DNA from: Polyangia bacterium
GTDB taxonomy: Bacteria > Myxococcota_A > Polyangia > Palsa-1104 > JAEUJZ01
DNA: 14,724 nt
NCBI GenBank assembly: GCA_044228505.1
Contig: JBGAUT010000014.1
Location: 1 to 14,724, forward strand
Reading direction: 5' to 3'
In this document: piece after piece, positions 1 through 5,731 of the stretch
How the letters are laid out: each line of letters begins with the position of its first letter
Numbering within the stretch: position 1 is the first letter of the stretch
Notes under the pieces: model-generated
What the model was told of the DNA's origin: nothing
Database searches by the model: none
What the model saw: only the letters and a program-made list of their open reading frames with translations
Program-made: the position numbers and the translations under genes

Positions 1-1087
1 GCCCACCAGCGCCAGCGCCCCGAGCATCACATCAATGATCGACTTGGGATCCTCAATGCGCAGAATATGATCGGGCGAAATGACGCTGGCCCACTGCCTA
101 ATAATCACGTCGTCCTGGTAGTTGGCGTAAAGAGGATTCTCTGTGGCAGCCTGCGCATCTTCCGCAGGGCGTTGGCTTGGATCGTAGGTGAACTCGGCGA
201 TGGGAACATCGCTGTTTGGACCGGTCTCGCCTTTTTGGGAAATGACACCCTCGAAGCGCTGAATGTTGCCGTTCACTTCTAGCTCGACCCGATAGGACGT
301 CGGCGCAAGGTCGGTCTCGTGGAACCGATAGTTCTGGACGTAGACGCGATACTTGCCGGTGGGAGCAGTGCCCTTTCGCCACCGGACGTTTTCGACGGGC
401 TTGGTCGTCTCACCACGCACATTACGATCGACGTCCAGCTCACCGCGACAGACGGACTGCTTGTGTCCATAAAAGATGTGCTCGCCCGATGGCGTCACAA
501 CGTGAAGATCGAGGTCGTTGCGGTTGTCCCAGATCAGGCTGGCACGAACGTCGACCCCTTCGTAGACACCGCCCGCTGCTTCGACGCGCTTTTTGATCTC
601 GGCATCAATGTCCCGACGGCGCTCCGCCATCGACTTCTGCGGATAGATGAAAAAGACGTGATACTTCTGCGCAAGCTCCGCAAAAATCGCGCCCGAATCG
701 AGATCGTGGCGCTCCTCCCGACCGAGGACACGGCGGATCTGTTCGCGACTCACCTTGGGATAGAAGCCTTCGTCACCAAGGAAAAAGAAGTAGCCCTTTT
801 TGCCGTTTCGCAAGCAGTCCAGCTTCGAGTGGCGAGCGTAAAAGTAGGCCGCTAGCTCGTAGGACTCTTGGCCAGTGCCACCGCCGCCCTCTTCGATCCA
901 AATCTTCGATAGCACTTCGTCGAGCCGGTTGTCCGCCTCGAACTGTCCCACTTGCAGCGGTGCCTGATCCGAGTTCGCATCCCCAATGGCGGCAAAACTA
1001 ACCGCCGGACCGGAGACGTAGTTTTTCATAATGATCTGCCCGATAAACATCGGCAGCTTGTCGTAGAAGCTGCTGATCAAGGCCATC
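1..1087 (-). CDS. Hypothetical protein, 3'-truncated at the window edge (C-terminus lies beyond coordinate 1). It has a Gly-rich EEGGGGTGQESYELAAYFYARH segment and a beta-rich region (SLIWDNRNDLDLHVVTPSGEHIFYGH...YRVYVQNYRF...YRVELEVNGN) that I can only loosely liken to vWA-associated / DUF2135 (YfaP)-type domains.
   Basis: I hand-translated the reverse complement of 1..1100 and found one uninterrupted reading frame from about 1097 to the window edge at coordinate 1. It has no stop in the window, so it is absent from the M-to-stop ORF track. An in-frame TGA at about 1098-1100 closes the frame upstream. Candidate ATG starts are rc 1087 (MALISS...), 1050 and 1029 (MKNYVSG...). I saw no clear SD for any of them, so the start is uncertain. 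All plus-strand ORFs here (for example 319..855) look like antisense shadows. Confidence 0.55.
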
Positions 1088-1122
1088 GCAGCGATGGCAG
1101 AGGCCAGGTGCGGCTGGGCGTG

Positions 1123-1140
1123 TGGTCCTTTTGTGGTCCC
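1123..1140. promoter_or_regulatory. Direct-repeat motif GTGGTCC-TTTT-GTGGTCC (copy A), lying 36-53 bp upstream of the preferred start (1087) of the minus-strand gene.
   Basis: A second copy at 4342-4359 (GTGGTCC-TTTG-GTGGTCC) is nearly identical, 17 of 18 bp. Both copies sit at the 5' end of minus-strand genes. On the coding strand the motif reads GGACCAC-N4-GGACCAC. Confidence 0.35.
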
Positions 1141-1404
1141 TCCGCACTTTCAATCCACAGTTCCGAACAGACGTGGGGCAGAGGCCTCTCCGTGTAACGA
1201 CTAGGAGCCAGTTTTCAGACGGAGAGATGCTCCTCTGTGCCCCAACGGAGGAGACCCAAACACGGCACGGTGTGGGTCAGAAATTCAGCCTGGAATTGCT
1301 CCTTGATGGACCGGAAGCGAACGCGATGGAGTACGGCCATCTAGTCATCCGAGCAGGATCGGCCCCCCATGATCTAGCGGTGGTCCATCGTCTGCGAAGT
1401 TTCG

Positions 1405-1410
1405 TATAAT
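1405..1410 (+). promoter_or_regulatory. TATAAT -10-like hexamer 6 nt upstream of the GTG start at 1417, compatible with a leaderless or very short-leader transcript.
   Basis: The hexamer is an exact TATAAT. There is no SD between it and the GTG. I could not pick out a -35 with confidence. Confidence 0.2.
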
Positions 1411-1416
1411 GATGCG

Positions 1417-2100
1417 GTGAAGCGGACAAACACGCGTCTTGGTGGTTTGGGGATCCTTGCGCTGGTCCTTGTGGGGCCAGGTCCGGTTCAGGCCGGCGAT
1501 CGTGGTCCCGAGTTTCCGTCGCTACCCTCGGCAACCGCGCTGTCGTTTTACCAGAAGCTGACCGGCATCATGCCAGGTGCGCGCAAAGATCTGCGCTGGA
1601 CCCTCAGCTTCGTCGGCGGTCAACCCCGCCTGTCTGTGCAGACGCGCAACTGCCCGGGGTCCAGCCAGGAGCAAGGAGCGGCTGTGCCAAGCTGCAAAGA
1701 GCCCTTCGGCAAGCCGGTGGTGTCGTACGAAGGCAAGCTGATTCAGCGGCCCTACGGCGTTGAGCTGCGGCTATCAAGAGAGGCACCGGCAGAGGACTAT
1801 CCGTCGGGGATGAACTTGACTTGCTTGCGCACCGTGGTTGGAGTGCTGCCGCCCGGTGCCTCGCTTGGGATGGGGGATGCCTGCAAAGGCGACGGGCCAC
1901 CGCCGCGCTGGCAGCCGGGGGCGACCAAGGATGTCGGGCTGTGGCTGTGCAGCCTGCAGAATGAGAATGGGGAACCGTGGTCCGGCTCTCGTTCGGTGGG
2001 GCCGCTGGCCTTTGCACCGAAGGCAGGCGTCGAGTGGCTCTTCGTCAACAACGACTGCGCGGGCCAAGAGGGCGCATATCGTGCGCTGCCGGGCCCGTAG
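1417..2100 (+). CDS. Secreted hypothetical protein, 227 aa, with an N-terminal signal peptide and six Cys residues.
   Basis: GTG is the first start codon after the in-frame TAG at 1375-1377. The N-terminus MKRTNTRLGGLGILALVLVGPGPVQA|GD has the n-, h- and c-regions of a Sec signal peptide. Third-position GC is high, consistent with coding. The overlapping minus-strand ORFs 1604..2017 and 1774..2334 have no such features. Confidence 0.5.
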   Translation: MKRTNTRLGGLGILALVLVGPGPVQAGDRGPEFPSLPSATALSFYQKLTGIMPGARKDLRWTLSFVGGQPRLSVQTRNCPGSSQEQGAAVPSCKEPFGKPVVSYEGKLIQRPYGVELRLSREAPAEDYPSGMNLTCLRTVVGVLPPGASLGMGDACKGDGPPPRWQPGATKDVGLWLCSLQNENGEPWSGSRSVGPLAFAPKAGVEWLFVNNDCAGQEGAYRALPGP

Positions 2101-2528
2101 GCGGCTACGTATCGACCGTTCGCGCTGTGTCGTCAAGGCTCTGGAAGCATTGGCATAGTCCGAACAAACGGACTGGAACGCTGTCTTCCCAGGGGCCGAG
2201 TCAGTTGTACCTGACCGGGCCCGCTTGTGTATCCGGCGAACCCGGGTGCAGCCCGTCTGACCTATTTTTATGAGGCATTGTTGGATACCGTGGAGTTTCT
2301 GGAAAATGAATGATACAAGTTCCGCACCAGACATCAGCTACCATGGCTGAGCCAATCATAGAGAAGTAAGCGTACGTGACGCACTCGTGAAATCAGTTAA
2401 AAAATGCTATTTTACTACACTGTAAACTTGCAGTACGATCAACAAACGCGGGAGAGTCTGGGCTGGCTTCCGTATTTGGCAATGCCGACAGCTCACCGAT
2501 CGTTTTTGTCGTATGGAGAAGTGTGATC

Positions 2529-2969
2529 ATGCATAAACTGCTCAGGGTATTTCTCATCATACAGACGCTGTTTCTCGGTATCACGGCGGTCTTGGGCGGG
2601 TTGGCCCTGGTCACTGGATGGAACTCACCACCGCTTTCGGAATTGAACGGGTCAGTATTCAAAGATTTCACCATTCCGGGAATTTCGCTATTTTTGATTG
2701 TTGGCGGCAGCGGGTTCTGCGCTGCGGTGTCGCTCTTTCGAAAGAGTCAATTAGCCAACGTGTTTTCAATCGCCGCCGGAGCGGTGATTATGTTTTTCGA
2801 ATTTGTTGAAGTGCTTACCATCGGATCCCCTCCCGGTGCTGCAAGGAATCTTCAGATTGTATATTTTGGGCTCGGATTTATCATCGTTATAACGGCGCTT
2901 GCGGTACGGTTCATGGAAATCACCGCAAGCCATACCAGCGCGAACACGACCTCGTCTTTCAAAGACTGA
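2529..2969 (+). CDS. Small integral membrane protein, about 146 aa, with about 4 predicted TM helices. Function unknown.
   Basis: The ATG at 2529 is preceded by GGAGAAG (2513-2519) at SD spacing. The ORF-track start at GTG 2523 is less likely. Four hydrophobic stretches are LRVFLIIQTLFLGITAVLGGLALV, GISLFLIVGGSGFCAAVSLF, VFSIAAGAVIMFFEFVEVL and IVYFGLGFIIVITALAV. The gene lies in a visibly lower-GC stretch than its neighbours. Confidence 0.55.
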   Translation: MHKLLRVFLIIQTLFLGITAVLGGLALVTGWNSPPLSELNGSVFKDFTIPGISLFLIVGGSGFCAAVSLFRKSQLANVFSIAAGAVIMFFEFVEVLTIGSPPGAARNLQIVYFGLGFIIVITALAVRFMEITASHTSANTTSSFKD

Positions 2970-3227
2970 GAGTATTCCGGAATCTCCTGATTCAGCAGCG
3001 CGACCGGCTCTGGCACCTTTGTGCGCCTGTCGCTGGAGCACTCCGATCGACGCAGCCTCGCGCAGCTCAGACACGTACTTCTATGATGAATGTGGAGAGA
3101 GTCAATGCGCTCTGCTTCAGCATCGACTGCAACTCTTCGTAAGTAGGCAGGACATAGCTCATCAGGAATCAAACGATGTCTACCGTGGCGGAGAATCCTG
3201 AAAACGGCAGCGACGGTTCGATGTTGG

Positions 3228-4337
3228 CTAGAGCTTCAGTTTCTTCATCTCTGAGGCCATGAAGCTGTCATTGATGTGAGCGTAGACCATGGTCATCTGA
3301 ATGTCGGCGTGACCCAGCAGCTTTTGCAGCGTGGGGATCGATCCGCCAGACTGCACAAACAGCGACGCGAAGCTGTGGCGAAGACAGTGCAGCGGGGCCT
3401 GTGGAACCCGGAGTCCGGCGGCGCGGTAGAGCGCAACCGGGCTGGGCGCTCGATACGCTTGATGCCAAGGCGCAGCATCGAAGTTGCGTTTCTTCGGGCT
3501 GAGAGGGCAGATGACGTCCTCCTTCGTCGCCGGACAGCGACTCTGCCAGTCTCGCAGCGAGGTGAACAGCTCATCAGGCATCGGCACGGTGCGCGGCTTT
3601 CCTGTCTTGGTTACCCCACGATAGGACTTGCTCACGGTGATGACCCCTCTCTCCAAGTCGCAGTCTCGCCATCGCAAGCCAAAAATCTCCCCGGCCCGTA
3701 ACCCTGCCAAGAGGCCGAGCCGCACTGCCACAGCGAAAACCGCCCCGCGCAAGTCATGCTTCGCCTGATCATCTGCTGCGTCGAGGAGTCTCCGGGCCTC
3801 TGCGAAGCTCAAGAACTCAAGCCGTGCTTCCTTGCGGGGTTTTCGAAGTCCCGCGAAGGGGTTTTGAACCACCAGGCACTGCTTGGTGGCCCACGCGAAC
3901 ACGCAGCTTATCTGTGACAAACGGACCGCAGCCGTGTTGGCTGCCCCACTACGGATGAGGACGTTCCGCAGCTTCTCAGCTTGTGCGGGGGAGAACTGGG
4001 ACGCGACCAACGCCCCGACCTGACGCAACACGGGACGAAGGTGGGTCCGGGCTTTGCGCGCCCAACGATCGTGATTGCGGATTTTCGGTGAGTCGTACTC
4101 GCTCAGAAAGCGCTCCGACAGATCGGCGATTGTCATCATCGCCAGCTCGGGCTCTCGCTCCGGCACTCCCAACTTGCCGCGTGCGATCCGGGCCTCGATC
4201 TCGATGAGCATCCGCTTCGCTTCTGCGTGGGTATGTTGTCCGCTCGCTCTCTGCTTGCGCTTTCCATCGACGTCGACGAAGCGCAGATACCACCCGACGA
4301 AGCGACCGCCCTTTACCTTCCTTATCACCTCACCCAT
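3228..4337 (-). CDS. Tyrosine-type site-specific recombinase / phage-type integrase.
   Basis: The C-terminal catalytic signature is present: GLRAGEIFGLRWRD (Arg box), HCLRHSFAS (H-x-x-R) and LLGHADIQMTMVYAHI (His...Tyr nucleophile). The N-terminal KGGRFVGWYLRFVDVDGKRKQRASG...AEAKRMLIEIEARIARG is the usual integrase N-terminal arm/SAM-like domain. My preferred start is ATG at rc 4337 (MGEVIRKVKGG...), with AAAGGA 9-14 nt upstream. The ORF track gives the longer GTG start at 4385. Confidence 0.9.
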   Translation of the reverse strand: MGEVIRKVKGGRFVGWYLRFVDVDGKRKQRASGQHTHAEAKRMLIEIEARIARGKLGVPEREPELAMMTIADLSERFLSEYDSPKIRNHDRWARKARTHLRPVLRQVGALVASQFSPAQAEKLRNVLIRSGAANTAAVRLSQISCVFAWATKQCLVVQNPFAGLRKPRKEARLEFLSFAEARRLLDAADDQAKHDLRGAVFAVAVRLGLLAGLRAGEIFGLRWRDCDLERGVITVSKSYRGVTKTGKPRTVPMPDELFTSLRDWQSRCPATKEDVICPLSPKKRNFDAAPWHQAYRAPSPVALYRAAGLRVPQAPLHCLRHSFASLFVQSGGSIPTLQKLLGHADIQMTMVYAHINDSFMASEMKKLKL

Positions 4338-4341
4338 TGCC

Positions 4342-4359
4342 GTGGTCCTTTGGTGGTCC
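4342..4359. promoter_or_regulatory. Direct-repeat motif GTGGTCC-TTTG-GTGGTCC (copy B). It overlaps the SD region and lies immediately 5' of the integrase start.
   Basis: The coding-strand reading is GGACCAC-CAAA-GGACCAC-GGCA-ATG. It is near-identical to copy A at 1123-1140. Confidence 0.35.
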
Positions 4360-4443
4360 ACCGCCCCGAAGGATTTCGCCGACACAGCCCAGCACGAGGC
4401 CTGTGTAAGCGTCCACCCACAGCGATAGAAACCAGTTAAATCA

Positions 4444-4459
4444 TTACATTTTTATGTAA
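4444..4459. promoter_or_regulatory. Perfect 16-bp palindrome TTACAT-TTTT-ATGTAA in an AT-rich spacer. It is a candidate operator or recombinase-binding site upstream of the integrase, or a weak terminator hairpin for the 77-aa ORF.
   Basis: The two 6-bp arms are exact reverse complements. The site lies 107 bp upstream of the int ATG and 10 bp downstream of the stop of ORF 4469..4702. It is embedded in the AT-rich sequence AACCAGTTAAATCATTACATTTTTATGTAACGCTAAATACTAG. Confidence 0.3.
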
Positions 4460-4468
4460 CGCTAAATA

Positions 4469-4702
4469 CTAGTCGTAGATGATACGGGTGTCGTCGCCGC
4501 GAGAGCGGGTGACGTCCATGGCGACCACGATCGGTGTGTCGTTCATGCACTCGCGAATCTTGCCGTTGGGATCGAGGTTCTGGTGCACGCCTCGCCGGGC
4601 CGCAGCCTCTCCAGCCGAGCCATAACCGCGATAGGTAAACACGTCGCGGTTGTTCGAGCGCGACTCAAGCGCAATGTCCTCATCGTAGTTGCCACCGCCC
4701 AT
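4469..4702 (-). CDS. Hypothetical small protein, 77 aa.
   Basis: The ATG start is preceded by a purine/G-rich SD-like AAAAGGGGGG about 6 nt upstream. Codon usage is GC3-rich and in line with the neighbouring genes. I recognise no family in MGGGNYDEDIALESRSNNRDVFTYRGYGSAGEAAARRG... Confidence 0.45.
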   Translation of the reverse strand: MGGGNYDEDIALESRSNNRDVFTYRGYGSAGEAAARRGVHQNLDPNGKIRECMNDTPIVVAMDVTRSRGDDTRIIYD

Positions 4703-4769
4703 GGGAGCCCCCCTTTTACTGGCCTGTCCGCCGATCTTATACCAGTTGGGGCGATGCCACGCGGGCCAG

Positions 4770-5279
4770 CTACTCGGCGTCGATCAGCGCCTGGACTGCC
4801 ACCGATAGATACCCCGCATAGCGGGCGCGAAAGGCCGGGTCTTTCCAGTCGTCCGAGGTGACTTTGCCACGGCACTCGGACGTGCCACACCGGCAATCCA
4901 TCTGAAATCCACCGTCTGCGTGATCGATTAGCACCGTGCCGTAGTCAAACGTCAGTTCGGCCCCAGCGGCGATGTCGGTGAGTGCCACGACCATGATCTG
5001 CCCCCGAATGCCGCAGTTCGGAGCGCACGAGTGATTGACGAAGTCGCCATCGCCTAGCTCGTCCTCGCCAATCGGTCCTAGCAAATAGCCCGGCCAGATC
5101 GAAATGGCGACCGCTTGCACCTGCGGCGACAGCTTCTGAAACGTCGCCACGTCGTAGACATGTCCGCCAAACAGCGCCACCGTCTCACCGGCCCGAATCG
5201 GCTCGATGGCGAACGTGCCACGGCCATCCACCTGGCTTTTGCGGGTTACGACTTTGGGGCAAAGGTAACTTAGCGACAT
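4770..5279 (-). CDS. SET-domain protein, 169 aa, a putative protein/amine lysine N-methyltransferase with a post-SET Cys cluster.
   Basis: Canonical SET motifs are present: the GxG region DGRGTFAIEPIRAGETV, FVNHSCAPNC (NHSCxPN), ELTFDYG (ELxFDY) and CRCGTSECRGK (post-SET cysteines). AAGGGA sits 5-6 nt upstream of the ATG. The gap to the upstream SET gene is 12 bp. Confidence 0.85.
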   Translation of the reverse strand: MSLSYLCPKVVTRKSQVDGRGTFAIEPIRAGETVALFGGHVYDVATFQKLSPQVQAVAISIWPGYLLGPIGEDELGDGDFVNHSCAPNCGIRGQIMVVALTDIAAGAELTFDYGTVLIDHADGGFQMDCRCGTSECRGKVTSDDWKDPAFRARYAGYLSVAVQALIDAE

Positions 5280-5291
5280 ACGGATCCCTTG

Positions 5292-5702
5292 TTAGGCCGA
5301 CTGAGTGGCGCTGACCTGTTTCAGAAAATGACCACCGCCTGCAAGTTCGTGATCAAAGACTCGATAATCGCAGGTCAGTTCCTCGCCCGCCTTGATATCA
5401 CGATTGGCACGAATCACGGCGGGTGGTGACTCGGTGGTATTCGGATGATCACTGTGATTCATGAACCTGCCATCATCACAGCTCAAGACCAAGCTGCCAG
5501 GGAGATCTTCAAATCCGTAGCCATATCTGGAAAGAAATGTACGAAATATCGGCGGCAGCAATTCGATCTGTTCTCTGGTAAAAACTCGCTCTGACGCATC
5601 ATTCCATTCCCAAACCAAGCACCCGGCAGGAATATCTTCCGCCGCGAATAGACCAATACCACCGTGCTGATCGGGTCCAAGATAGGTCTTTACTGTTAGC
5701 AT
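5292..5702 (-). CDS. SET-domain protein, 136 aa, the second SET paralog. It has no post-SET Cys cluster.
   Basis: SET motifs are the GxG region HGGIGLFAAEDIPAG, RFMNHSDHPNT (NHSxxPN) and GEELTCDYR (ELxxDY). GC looks lower than in the flanking NRPS-like gene. Confidence 0.8.
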   Translation of the reverse strand: MLTVKTYLGPDQHGGIGLFAAEDIPAGCLVWEWNDASERVFTREQIELLPPIFRTFLSRYGYGFEDLPGSLVLSCDDGRFMNHSDHPNTTESPPAVIRANRDIKAGEELTCDYRVFDHELAGGGHFLKQVSATQSA

Positions 5703-5731
5703 GTTAGCGGATCCACATCAAAGGAAACGAC

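Noticed and set aside
319-855. Plus-strand ORF of 178 aa, and other 60-140 aa ORFs in 67..1409 on both strands.
   Set aside because: They lie antisense to or out of frame with the continuous minus-strand frame 1..1087. They have no SD or recognisable motifs, and their Arg/Ala/Ser-rich composition is typical of shadow ORFs in GC-rich DNA.
2245-2271. A possible intrinsic terminator after gene 1417..2100: CGGG-TGCAG-CCCG followed by ...TATTTTTA.
   Set aside because: The stem is only 4 bp and is separated from the T-run by about 9 nt. That is too weak to call.
1604-2334. Minus-strand ORFs 1604..2017 (137 aa), 1774..2334 (186 aa) and 1797..2051, plus the plus-strand ORFs 1838..2158 and 1977..2273.
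   Set aside because: They overlap the plus-strand signal-peptide gene 1417..2100, which has the better start context and protein features. These ORFs are Arg/Pro-rich low-complexity translations typical of non-coding frames.
2419-2434. Inverted repeat ACTG-N8-CAGT in the lower-GC region upstream of the membrane-protein gene. I considered it as a LexA/SOS-like operator.
   Set aside because: Only the 4-bp arms match, the spacing and sequence do not fit CTGT-N8-ACAG, and such short repeats are expected by chance.
2974-2983. A 10-bp perfect palindrome ATTCCGGAAT immediately after the stop of the membrane-protein gene.
   Set aside because: It is too short and isolated to interpret. It has no loop, so it is not a terminator hairpin, and no second copy was seen. 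I recorded it only as a possible protein-binding site.
2393-3201. ORFs 2393..2674 (-), 2618..2809 (+), 2766..3074 (-), 2852..3172 (-) and 2899..3201 (+) around the membrane-protein gene.
   Set aside because: They overlap the better-supported 4-TM ORF, which has an SD and a clean hydrophobic pattern, or they lie in the convergent intergenic region without start signals. None has recognisable motifs. I checked 2852..3172 as a possible excisionase and found no helix-turn-helix-like pattern.
3205-3225. GGTTCGAT, a tRNA T-loop-like string, downstream of the integrase stop. I considered it as a possible tRNA or tRNA-fragment att site.
   Set aside because: The flanking bases do not form a T-stem (gacgg/ttggc is not complementary), and no acceptor or anticodon arms can be folded by eye. 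I found no tRNA anywhere in the window.
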